From positions 8,082,101 to 8,146,100 of the forward strand of contig NC_092677.1 of assembly GCF_964355755.1 (NCBI RefSeq): 64,000 bases of DNA, given 5' to 3'. Made by a program: the position numbers and the translations under genes. Numbering within the stretch: position 1 is the first letter of the stretch; each line of letters starts with the position of its first letter. A model generated the notes under the pieces. The model saw only the letters and a list, made by a program, of their open reading frames with translations, was not told where the DNA came from and made no database searches. Of the stretch, positions 25,611 through 38,000 are shown in pieces. This DNA comes from Antedon mediterranea. Lineage: Eukaryota; Animalia; Echinodermata.

Positions 25611-27799
25611 ACTCTCCTGTATATACAGCACCCGCCGCGTTTCTATATGAAACCAGCATACATAATGTATAAGTATAATCGAAATTCCATATGGTTTCTA
25701 ATTTTCTCACTATTTAGCATTAACAATATTAAATTATAATAATCAAAATATCATATCGTGATGCTGGTGTAATTCCAAGGGAATGGGAAATGAAAGACTT
25801 CCCTAACTTAACGTCGACACACTAGTGCAATATAACAACATCTATTTAAGTAATTCCCAAAACAATCAAGCATGCCATCTTAAATTAATTGCACACTCAT
25901 TGTGAGAATACTAATTCTTCTTAGGCCTATATGATTCTGATTTAATTTTATTTTCGAAAAGTGTCGCTGTGTAGAAACTTTTGATAAAGAGTCTAGGATC
26001 AAACACAATGATGCAATGTGTAAAATTATGTATAGGCCAATTATAATTTTAACGATTCTAAGTTTTTATTTATTTTTTTTGTGTTATTTACAACTTCGTG
26101 GGGTTTTCAATGACAAATATTTCAATTTGATACGTAAACGAAACATTGTATTGTAATTACAAAGTCATATTAATTTTTGCCACGACCATACTAATGTCGG
26201 TCGGTTTGTCGGTCGGTCGGTAAGCACTAAACTTAAATTGAGCACGAGACTGCAGCTATGTTTGTGGCCTTGCTCAAATAGAAGAGGAAATGAAACATGA
26301 ATAGTAAACAAGATCCGAACTTCCACTGTATAAAAGAATCTATTGAAACATAGACGAATGTAATGAAATGTAAACATAAAAAAAAATACATAAAATTGAT
26401 AACATAACGCATAAGTTCGGGTTAGTGATACCTAAGTAAAATAAATTACCATGTGTTATTCCACCAGTATTATTACAGTACACGCAGGCAACTAGGGTAA
26501 AGTTAACGAAGATCGTTTTGAAGCAACATATTCACCAGGTAATTCAAAGAACGACAGTATTGTTTAGCAAAGTAAAAAAAAAGTGTTGAAATGTGATTAA
26601 ATTTATTCATCTATGACATCAAGTTATTAATATTAAGTTAATGGTTAAACCAAGTACACACGTGACAAACCGGAGCAGCGTAAACTGTGTCAATTGCCGT
26701 ACGGTACAAACGATGTGTATGATGCCATTTACCATTTTGATTGTCTATTAAGTATAGTCGGGTTGGTGTGTGTAGTGCAGAGAGCTCTTGGGAAACGTAT
26801 CGTTCACTCCACCCCAACCGTCCTTGATTTCTTTGTTCTTACCCTGTTCGAAGTACAGTATATTCTCCAAGTACTATCTCAAGCGTTTGTCTTATCTTTC
26901 CTAATTTTTACTTTTCATTTACCAAAATCTTATAATGTGTAACGAACAGTCAATACAAGTTATTATGAATTATTTATTTTAGATTATGCAGCCCCTTGAA
27001 ATAATGGCCTAAATATAATAAAGGCCTAAACGTATTGAAACAGAATCCTCGAAAGAGGAATGCACGATTCCAGAAGTCCAGTTCCACAGCTGAAAGCTAT
27101 ACCATTCAGCCACATAAATAGCTTGCAGACAACTAACCTTAGGCCTACAATATATAGATGTCTAGTGAGAGGAAGGGTCATTGGTAGGCCTACGCTTCAC
27201 TACATCTCGAGATGGGTTTAATAAGTAATTCATTCATACTGTTTACATCTAAGAATTATATTACAGGATCGCCTGGAACGAATTCGTGGGATTCCTCCCA
27301 ATGTTAACATTTTCAATTAATCACGTGGAAAATCACTTAATCATTTTTGTTTTCAAGCTTGGCGTATAGCTGTAAATCTACATGGCCAGTTACTGTCAAA
27401 AGTCGATCATTTATGACTGACTTCATAATTCATTTTAAATCACATGGCAAATGTTATTTCAATGCTTTTGTTCACAGTCTATTAGCATAGATTGATTGAT
27501 GTGATTGAAGTTATTTATCAGAAACGATAGTTACATAAAAAAAAATGCAACTATAGGGCCTCTCTTTGATGGTGTTAGATGGTGTTTGATGGGCAATGTT
27601 ACTTATTGATATATTTATATAGCGCATTCTACGAACAATTTTCCACAATGTCGTCACAATGCGCTGTGGACTTAGATGGACGTTACAATGTTCAACCATA
27701 GACTTATCTAATTTATAGACGCATGATTCTATGAAATGCTTCTCCGAAACGAAGCTATTTTGCCTGTCTACAACAGCGGCTGTGTGAGCTAGTACACAA

Positions 27800-27980
27800 C
27801 CTTCTACTCGTCTCAGAAGATGTACTAGGTTCTTTACAGTGTACATGAGCATTGTGTGTACACTGGACCTATGGTTTATATATAGACATGTTCTACCACC
27901 ATGAAACGAGTGAGGCTCGAACCCTTGCGATAATGCTATATGGATTACGACGCACGCTCGGTCACTCACGGTTACTAGTA
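27800..27980 (-). mobile_element. SINE fragment, same family as 34746-34997
   Basis: Shares tgtgtacactggaccta.ggtttata, tgttc.accacca and ctcgaaccctt with the 34.8-kb copy. Confidence 0.7.
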
Positions 27981-28768
27981 CCATCCGAGCGTGGTACTCA
28001 TTACAAGTATTGTAATAGAGCTGGTAGTTTTTATGGATTCTTTCCGCTAAATGTTTAATTCTAGAAAGGAAAGTATACACACATTTCTATTTCTAGAATG
28101 ATTTATTGGAAAGAATAGTAGTTAGATGTTCCCGTGTGGGTGTACGTTGATCCAAAATAGTATCCATTGAGAATGCAACACGTTATAGCGGAATTAAAGA
28201 TGCTTTCCTCTTCAAATATTGTCCGTGCGGCTCTTGCGTTCAGTTTCTGTCAGGGAGTTCCAATGCACAATGTGCCTTTTTTGTTCGGTTTATATTTACA
28301 AATCAATCAGAAAATGTACGTGGAGCAAACGCTATACATAACTGACTTATTAGAGCCTTTATTATTATTATTTTCCATAACTGTTAAATTAGCAAGAAAA
28401 CTACACATTTTTCTAGAAATTAATAATTGGATGGAATTTTAGTGAGATGGGTGCGTGAGTGTATACGTTTACTCACATTGGCGTAATTTTTATAAGGATC
28501 ATAGCAAATTAAAATTATCATATTAGAGGATTATTTCATGAATGCGGTTAAAATAAAGACAGAACCATTTGTCAATTTCAATTACGCAAAATATTGACGG
28601 AATACATTTATATGTATATATAAATTCTGAGGCTCTTTGAATGACATCACTTCGTGAATTATTATTAGTGTGGGTGGTCACATTTGTACACGAACACAAC
28701 ATTTAATATATATTTATAAATAAACATTATGATTAGAAATGCGCGTATCCATCCTTCTATCTAAATTA

Positions 28769-29246
28769 TTGGTTCCCTCTTCTTTGGACGCAACGCAACG
28801 ACGTAGGCGCATCGAAAGTGAGTTGACTAATCGTTAGCGACGGTTCGAGTTATCCACTGCGTCGTAATTGGTCAAATTAAAGTTTAGTTTTCACTAGAAA
28901 CGCAAGGACGTAGACGTAACGCAAGCGAGTTGACCAATGGCAAGCCACCGTTCGAATAATCCGTCGCTTGTGATTGGTCAAATTACTTTCGTTGTGCTTA
29001 CGGCCTTGTATTGTGTCCTAAAGCTTGGTTCCCACTAGAACGTAACGCAAGGACGTAAACGCAACGCAAGCGTTTTAATCAATGACAAGGGAAGTTATAG
29101 ACAGTTAGCAATCACAAGCGAAGAAGCCATCACTTGTGATTGGTCAGTTTTCTTGCGTTGCGTTACGTCCTTGTGTTGCGTCGCTAGTGGAAACCACGTT
29201 AATGTGATTACGCTCTTTCGTTGCATCCAAGTAGGAACCAAGCTTA
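28769..29246. mobile_element. Cluster of three nested/adjacent AAGCTTGGTTCCCACTAG-family MITEs
   Basis: Left ends at ~28769, ~28880 and 29021; right ends at ~29198 and 29246 (ggaaccaagctt). Confidence 0.8.
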
Positions 29247-29726
29247 ACCCGAATTCTTCTGGTCCATTTTATGTTGTGCAATTTTGAAATTCACCCAGTG
29301 AACATTGGACGTCCTCAAGAGTTTTCAAAAGTGTTTTTTAATAAGTTATTAATTCCACGGTGTATCTGTATGTATTTATATCTTTTGGAAGTATCTTGTG
29401 TGTTTTGACATTAATTTGTGCATGCATTGGGCATAATACAGTTTATTGTTGAAAGCTGCATTGTGGTGACAACAGTTACACTTTTAAAATAAGTTTTAAC
29501 TCGGTTAAATACATTTTTAGAGGTAGATTCATCCTCTTTTGTGTACACGTTGATTGGTGTTTACACCCAAAGGTCAATATGTTGTTGTTCTATGTTGTTA
29601 TGTTTATACAACAGTTCGTTGCGTCGTCTGATGATGTCATGCATAATAATAGTGTTAAGGTAACAGTAGTCAAAAAACAACAATGTTAAACACTGTAAAA
29701 ATTACAATCGTAATCGTTACTTCTTA

Positions 29727-29907
29727 AAGCGTGGTTTCCACTAGCGACGCAACGCAAGGACGTAACGCAACGCAAGTGAATTGACCAATCACAAGCGACG
29801 GCTTATTCGCTTGTGATTGCTAACTGTCTATATCTTCGCTTGTCATTGGTCAACGCGCTTGCGTTGCGTTTACGTCCTTGCGTTACGTTCTAGTGGGAAC
29901 CAAGCTT
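29727..29907. mobile_element. AAGCTTGGTTCCCACTAG-family MITE (opposite orientation to the 29021 copy)
   Basis: aagcgtggtttccactag...ctagtgggaaccaagctt with TA flanks. Confidence 0.88.
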
Positions 29908-30029
29908 TAGAGTGCATACGCAAGCTGGTTTCAATGCGCTGTGCACAAATGTAAAACAGAAAATGAAAAAAATAGAAAATGAAAAATGATTTAAAAAAAT
30001 TAAAAAGCTTGTGGTCTTCAGCTGAGCCT

Positions 30030-30163
30030 AAAGTCTGTTTTCCCATATATTTGCTAATATATTCGCGCGAATCTTGAGTTATTCTTAAAATTATTAATAC
30101 GCATGAGCATCAGTCAGTATTTTCGATTCGCGCGAATAAATTCGTCTAGCGGTAAAACGGCTT
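30030..30163. mobile_element. Degenerate, internally deleted copy of the 40701 MITE
   Basis: attcgcgcgaatc ... gattcgcgcgaataaattcgtctagcggtaaaacggctt. Confidence 0.6.
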
Positions 30164-31367
30164 GCCTTTATTTTTAATCTCTCCTTATTCCGCTCCTTAA
30201 CCATAAAGTCAATTATAGAAGTTGAGGGTAAGAACACCGTGGCTAGTAAAAATAACCGCCGATAACATATCATAAATATAGATACATTATTGTAATTGAT
30301 ATGCGGATGGCTTATGGTTATTATTAAACAAAAGACATGATGAAAAGCACATGAGCATACTCATAAACAATATGATTTCTTCTTCATACACATTGTTTTT
30401 CGGGAATTGATTCCCCCAACATTATGCTGCGTACGGCATTTGAGATGACCAATGATGTGATCGTTAGCCATGACATCATGAAAATTGATGCGATGCAAAC
30501 TTTGCGTTCCCCGCTGATGCAGATTGTTGTGGTATATAAAGCAGCGTTCGATTGCTTGAGCGTTAGAGTTAGATCATGTATTGATATATCTTGTCCATTA
30601 TCTGTTATTTCGCTTACAGTGTACAAGCGTCTCTATCATACAGGATACAGTACCAAGTTTTTTGCCGCTTCTAAGCCGTGTTTGACTACAGGTAACGATT
30701 TGAAAATTATTATTATTTTATGTTCTGCTGACGGTCGAACAGTGGGTCAGTCTGTCTTGTTTGTGTTTGTGATTGTATTCATGTCAGTCTACCTGCATGA
30801 CCGTCTTTACTAGTAGGCCTAATGGCCAAGAGTGAGTCATTTACCTGCTTCAATTATAAGTGTGTCCTTAAGGATATATACATAAATACATATGAACATT
30901 ATATAATATGATGTAGATTCATTGTGAACGTCATTATTATTCTTTTCTCGTTTTCTTCTCGTAAGGAATTAGTCTAGTTTGATCTTAAGCATTACAATAT
31001 TTGTTTGCAAGTTGGCAAACAGTAAAACAGTATTTCTTCAACAAAACAGATTATGTGCATTTGATATTGATGCTTTAGTCTAGTTTCTTTCATTTAGGGA
31101 CCTCATGAAAATGACTTACTTTTTGTATTGGTATCCATGATTTTTTTTTTACTTTGTGAACGATAATATAGTTATAAGAAATAAAAGCAAATGTATTGTC
31201 AAGTTTGAATTATTCCGATTACTTACCAGTCAACCAAATAGGCAGCACCTCACGCAGCTCCATCAAAATGCAATTAAATGTAATCTGCACGGTTTTAAAT
31301 GGTGAAAACAAAATTATCATAAACAACTATATATTATGTATTACCATACGAATAGAACACATCCATT

Positions 31368-31542
31368 TGACCCCTATTCAGGGGGAACTCCTATTCAGTG
31401 GGCACTCCTATTCAGTGGGCACTCCTATTAAGTAGCAATGGGAAATGATGTTTTAACACTACGTCCAATTCCCAGTGGACAACCTATTACCAGATAACTC
31501 ATTAGGTCCAGAACGTGTCGTCTTAATATATGTTTTACTGTA
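31368..31542. mobile_element. Tc1/mariner-type MITE remnant
   Basis: Repeated ctcctattcagtgggca motifs and a terminus ...gtgtcgtcttaatatatgttttactg+TA. A related end lies at ~51085-51152 (gtgtcctctaataagaggcttactgta). Confidence 0.5.
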
Positions 31543-33613
31543 CGCGCATTTTATGAAGGTTCTTTATATTTTAATATGTAATCAGCATAAAGCAATAAAT
31601 AAATATTTCTTTAAAGTGTCTGAAAAATAGGTACAGCTGTACTAGGCCTAAAGTGACACCTTGATCTCAATTATGCTAGCCATGTCACCAAGTGTAATTG
31701 TCGACCAAATTACCGTCAGTGGTAGCATCATATCATGTAGTTTGTTTCTTTCGGAATTATTAAAATGATTTTAATGATAATGTAGTATACGTTATAGTGA
31801 CTAATAGCTTTCATTGCAACCATTAGAGTCCAACCGTTAACAATTCTAATAACGAACAACAATCTTGCCTCACTTTTTCTTTAGAATTTTAATATTAATA
31901 TAATATCATTACACTTCCAATATTAAAATATAGCACCTGTGGGATTTACTCGTATGGCAACTCATATATTTTATAAAGAATAAGGTCAACACTATCTCAT
32001 AAGTCCGATGATAAAAGCACTTAAATGAATTGGCAAAGGGTTTGAGTATATCACACATTAATAACGATAACGACAGTTACTGTAGTCGCCTGTAAAAAAA
32101 AAATATCACCAAGGTATATACATGACCTATACATTTAATCGGCCGATGAGCATACATACGAAAAATATGATTCAATTCAATTGTTTTCCAGCCGACAATG
32201 ATAGTGTATACTAATAACACATCGGGTATACTGAAGTAAATACATAATTTTATTATGGCTAAAAGAAGATGTTCGATTCAGTTGTTAATGAACCATTGTG
32301 AAGGAGGTGAACAAATAATGTTTTCACCTCCCTGGTGACACATTAACGCGGAGCGGCGGACCAGTGGTTTCCTCACCGGTTTCCGTTTGCCGCTACCACT
32401 CGTCTGTGTCAATTCGTCCATTCTTAAAGACACACCCTCTGTCTGTCAGCCTCATCCAAACCAGGTAGAAAGTATTAAATATCAATATCAATTCCTAAAA
32501 CGAATACATTTATATCTGATATATTGGTAATCTCATTTCCATGTAAAAATACTAGACATAGGTGTATAAACGTCGACCGATACACGTCATAATCGGCTGA
32601 TAATCTGGGTATGAAAATTATGAAGAACGCATTCTATATTGATATTATAAGCCGATGTTTCTGAATATTATTCTATAAATGTTTTCAATAATACCTATAA
32701 CGTTAGTAGGTCACTCATAAAATAAATTTTATGTTTATCAAACTAAAATTTCTATTTAAAAATATGAATGTTAATTAGAATTGATGTTTAAGAATAATGC
32801 CACAATAAATTGTTTAACCTTTTACTATCGGTGTGTTATTGTTATAAAACGTTGTTTGATTACCGTTTTAATTAGATTTTGATTGCTCATTTGTCTAGTT
32901 TGTTGATGAATTCAAAATGGATTGTAATATGCGTATTGCCATTCAGCAAAACAACACGTTTCTGTACATAATTATATTTTGTAATTTATCATGTAAAACC
33001 ACTCAGTTCTCTTTTGACACTTCTATCTCTTGAAACGAACAAGGGCCAACCGCTATTCAGGCTACACACCAATGTTACGAGGAAGCTTCGCTGGGTCCTG
33101 AAGGTACCTCTTTGATAAAATAGTTAAAATAAGATTCTCCAATCAATAAAATCAAAATGACTGAGTAGTCCAACTAATTCGTATTAGAATTGAAAAAATG
33201 CCAAAACCATTGTATAAAAATGTTCTACGGTACTACAAACGGATACAGAACGGAGAAGCGGACTTTATATCAATTAATTAAAAGATAAAATTTTAAGAAT
33301 TTAGGTAGAAAATACAATATATTAAATTAGCTTAAAAATATGTTTTGAGAGAGAAAAAATAAAGAAAAGATCTTGCAATAATTTTCATAATGAAGGCCTA
33401 GGACATTTCAGAGAGTACATCCATCATAAACAAAACATGCAGTATAATTTCACTTGTATGGTACACAATGGTGTTTTAGGTATTTTTGTGGAAATACATT
33501 GAAATTGAAATATAAAAGGATACAGTGTGTGTTAACAACCACTACGTCCTCTTTATAACGTTGTTGATAATAACAACAACAAAATGTAGCTTTTGCGAAA
33601 CAAAGCACGATGA

Positions 33614-33711
33614 TGCATCCACGGGAGTTGCTATCAACATGCAATTTGTAGGATCTTATAAGTTATAAAGATCCTACAAATTGCATGTTGATAGCAACTT
33701 CCGTGGATGCA
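33614..33711. repeat. Near-perfect ~98-bp palindrome
   Basis: tgcatccacgggagttgctatcaacatgcaatttgtaggatctt ... aagatcctacaaattgcatgttgatagcaacttccgtggatgca; 44-bp arms with one mismatch. Confidence 0.92.
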
Positions 33712-34269
33712 AGAGACATGATTCCTTACGATTCGAGTTGAATTTCACCAACAAAATAACGTGTAATGTCTTATCTCTATTTTAATCAGTGACAAATACA
33801 CACAGCTGTGGATGACCCACCAAATTTACCCCCACCAAAGCTGGTATTTTAAACGTGAACCTCACTGTGTTAAAACTATCTTACCTAACATCAATTTGAT
33901 AAATATTTAATAAATCAAATTACTTAGTGTCAGCTTGCAAACATATTTCATTACGCCCTTTTGAATACAGTAACATGTTAGAGATGACTAGCTATCAACA
34001 GTACTGCAATGTAATTATAAACGCTGAAATTGTTATGTTGTTGCAAAGGCCTCGACATTGCAGTGCCAACCTTATGTTTACGGAATGTAGAATTCCTTTT
34101 TTTTTTATGAATTGTTAAGAAAATCAATATATGGCCTGATGGGTAGACTAAATGCAAGCGAAAATGTTTTAGTCTCAACGATTATAAGCAACGTCTTAGT
34201 TAAGTCGAAGATGCTCTCCAGATGGAATGCCATCCTGAGATGAGTAGTAGTAATTGTTATTGTTTATTT

Positions 34270-34344
34270 TATTTCATTTATATGTAATTTTTACTTTCTA
34301 TGGACCAGAGATTCCGAAATAAAAGATTGAATGAATGAATGAAT
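34270..34344 (+). mobile_element. 3' tail fragment of an L2/CR1-type LINE
   Basis: atggaccagagattccgaaataaaagat followed by (TGAA)4. Confidence 0.45.
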
Positions 34345-34745
34345 AACAAAGAGCAACCAAAAAAATATCTTGAGAAACAAATATTTCATTTTATAAATAC
34401 TATAGCTATGGCTAAGTCACATTAGGCCTATTTTACTTTGCCTGTACTTGACAACAGACCTAGAATAGGGTAGTTTAGAGGAAATGAGGAGCTAATCTTT
34501 ATTAATATAATATTATTCCTTCAACGACGAATTTATAGATAACAATGTTACTTGCACATGAAGGGCTAGTGTTGCCTGAAAGCTCTGCTAATTTTTCGAG
34601 CTGTTTTACTTTATCGTTTTGATTTAGCTTTTCACTTTGTTTTGTATCTTCATTTAGATCCAGCCACTGATACCCACAGCATTGTCATTTTTTCAGTATT
34701 TTGCCTTTGGATTTAAATTATTTATTTTTTATTTTATGTCTTTAG

Positions 34746-34997
34746 GCAATGTGGCCAAGGATTACCAATAGTGAATTAATCACTGTCCTATCAGATAGGT
34801 GGTAATCCCCCTGATACAGGGGCTATTGTGTGAACCAGTTCACCGGGGTAACCCCCTACTCTTTTTCGAATAATGAACTGGGTTTCTTTAAAAGTACACA
34901 CAGGTTATAACTGTGTACACTGGACCTACGGTTTATAGTCCTTATCCGAGAAGACTTGTTCCACCACCAGAACTAGGAGCGAGTCGGCCTCGAACCC
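34746..34997 (-). mobile_element. tRNA-derived SINE with Deu/Nin-like domain, head interrupted by the TTAA element
   Basis: The minus strand reads GGTTCGAGGCC (B box), TCTTCTCGGATAAGGACTATAAACCGTAGGTCCAGTGT...AAAGAAACCCAGTTCATTATTCGAAAAAGAGTAGGGGGTTACCCCGGTG. Confidence 0.8.
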
Positions 34998-35001
34998 TTA
35001 A

Positions 35002-38000
35002 AATGGATATGAAAGGATTTTAAAATTTCACAAAAATTACTTTGTATGAATCCTTTTAATGTTAATAAACAGCACACAAAAAATTAGATTCAAATACCTA
35101 GTAGAAATTGAGAAATAAACAAATTAAATTTTGGTATAAAACGTCCGCAAAATGGCCGACCAACTGGCACGCCATCTTAATTTTATGAACGTTCTATACG
35201 CACGTACGAGATCGTCAAATTTAGAGTTTGAAACACCCGGGGTTGTAGCCACGGCAGCAGTCGTTTTGTGATTGGTTAATGAATTTTAATACAGTCCAAT
35301 CACCGCCTTGTCTCGTTCGCGGACTGTGTGTGGTGTAAACAAACCCATCCTCCTACACGAGACTCGCGTGTTGCAAGCTCCCTGTTGCTGCAGTCGTAGA
35401 AAATATCGATATTTCACAAATCAATAAAAAGTTATGTCTGCAAAGATTGTACGTGAAAAGAAGAAAGTGTGTATTTGTACTTCTCACACTAAACCACTCA
35501 CGCAGACTACAAATTAGGCTAGGTCTAGTAGACTATAGTTTCTTCTAAATTCGCTAGTAGTAGGCTAGGCCTACACATGGTCCATGGAGTTACTCCATGG
35601 TCTACAGTACAAGAGAGTACTGTAGTAGTCGCCGGTCCACCGACGAACCTTCAGGAAGTGGACAAGGCGCGGGCGTAGACGTATGTAAAAGGCGACGTAA
35701 ATAAAAAAGGTAAGCTTGTGTTGAACTTGTTTTTGGCTCTGACTTTTGTTATTGACTAATATAGTAATATAATAATACTAATAATTAAAGTAGAGCAGAG
35801 GTGAGGCAGAGAGGATTATTATAGTTTAGTTAGGAACTGTAGTGTAATTAAATAATAACCTCTTTCTGTTTGTTACCAAGTCATAAAATATTATACAGAT
35901 ATTGACTGTTTAGAGGTTAAATATAAGATTTGACATCCCCGAGGGAATGATATTATGTTCGAGGGAATATATATTTCCCGAAGCGCCAGCTGAGGTAAAT
36001 ATATATTCCCCGAGAACTTAATATCATTCCCGAGGGGATGTCAAATCTTATATTTAACCGATATAAAAGGCAATATCTGTTATATTATATAGCCAAGAAC
36101 AAGTCTGCTGCTGGGTTGGGTGAAGCTAGGCTAGGCCTCCTATAGTATTTTTGTATTGTATTTAAAACAAGCCTGCCTAGACACCTTACCTTGCGAAGAA
36201 TAATATACAGATAATTACTAATTAATGATTCCTTGGCAATAAAATATTCACTTAGGCCTAGGTCGAATTTCCATCAATAAGCCTATTAATAATAATATTA
36301 TAATCAGGTAGGCCGAATAAACAATTCGTCTTCTCTCGATCTTCGAGGAGCCGAATCACCGGATGTTCAGCGCGTACTAGTTACTAGGTTACTACCGTGA
36401 GTATTGACCAATCACAAACGGTGTTTCATCACATTTAGGGTGGACTTATAACAAATGAGGGCGCTATGTATGCATAGCTTAAATAGTTTAGAAGATTAAT
36501 TTCTTCAAGCAAATTCCGTGGCCCAGCGGATGAAACGTTGTCTTGCGATGGAGTGACAATTCCACCCGAGTTCAAATTGTTTATTTATCGGCAAACTCGA
36601 GTGTTGCACACGAAAATTACACAGTCAATATCATCGTACTCGAGAATTTATATGATTAATGACAGGGACACGATTATTACGCGAAAATTACACAGTCAAT
36701 ATCATCGTTCTCGAGGATATATACGATTTACGATCCTCGCAGCGGTAGTCATGTGATGCAGTTTCAACCAATCACGTTCGCGTATTTATATAGGCTATGT
36801 AATATAATACTATAGTATAGGGCCTAGAGGTAGGATTGAATAAAAATAATAGTTCATTTCCATCCATTTATTGGTCTTATCTTTGCAGATTTATGGAATC
36901 AACAGTACATGAGATGGCTTTGAAGAACTGTAATAGTACTACTGTAGTAATAAAATTGTAAACATCAAATTATATGGCAGAAATAGTGTGTGGAATGAAT
37001 TTTATTGAATATATGTATCATAATGAGTTTGGAACAAGCAGGATTTTTCAAACGGGACATAAATTACTTTTGAGACCTGAGTGATACATTTTAATTCTAT
37101 CAACACCAGCCAGCTCCATCATATTCAAGAGATGGATTCTTTCATAAATGTCCATTGTACATAGTATTTGGCTAAATAAATAAAAAAAGAAGTACAGTAG
37201 TGGTTTATTTGTTTACATACCCAGACCCATTTAGATGGTTAAAAACAAACACTATATGTACTGTCTGGTAGTACATTACCATAGTTACAGTATGACTGTA
37301 ACCCTAGCACTCGCGTCTAAAGAATTCTATTATGCATATTTTACTATTCTTCATAAATATTTAGTTCTGTAATTTTAATTGTCTGCGCTCATTCTATACT
37401 TGGTGTCTTAGTATACTGCATAAATGTATCGTGCAAGCATGATCCAAGTAGCATCTATTATAAAGTACGCTGGGCATCTTTCTATTCACCTGAAAAAAGG
37501 AAAATGAATGCACATGTTTATCTGCCCTCAAAACAAAATAATAATTTAGTATAATGTATTATGTAGGTTTGATCAACAGTTTAAAATAGCAATGCTCAGT
37601 ATCTGTTACCTTAATATTATAATTTGACTCTAACATTTCCGCTTCCATTCCAATCACTAAATACATTTGCTTATCCCGTCCATCAATTATCATAGTTGCA
37701 CTCCAATTATAGACCTGTAGGTAGGTAAAAATACAAATGAATTGTTTATTTACTGTATACTGTACTGTATATGATACAAGCTGAAATACCCCTAACTAGG
37801 CCTGGCCTGTTATAACCTTTATTACTACATTAGAGAAAATCCACCTCTATTCATTTTATTGGGAATCATAATATTTAGTATTCAGTGTTGCCTAGCCTAG
37901 CTAGGTAGGCCCTAGGGCGGCCTGTAATAACAAAAAAATATTTTAATAATGCGTTAGTCAGGACACTACAGCACACAACAATATTAATAAACGTACTTAT

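Noticed and set aside
27511-28080. 189-aa minus-strand ORF
   Set aside because: Runs through a SINE fragment, starts at a non-ATG codon and has no domain-like content.
30384-30813. 129-aa and 80-aa ORFs
   Set aside because: No recognisable motifs or convincing splice-site pairing.
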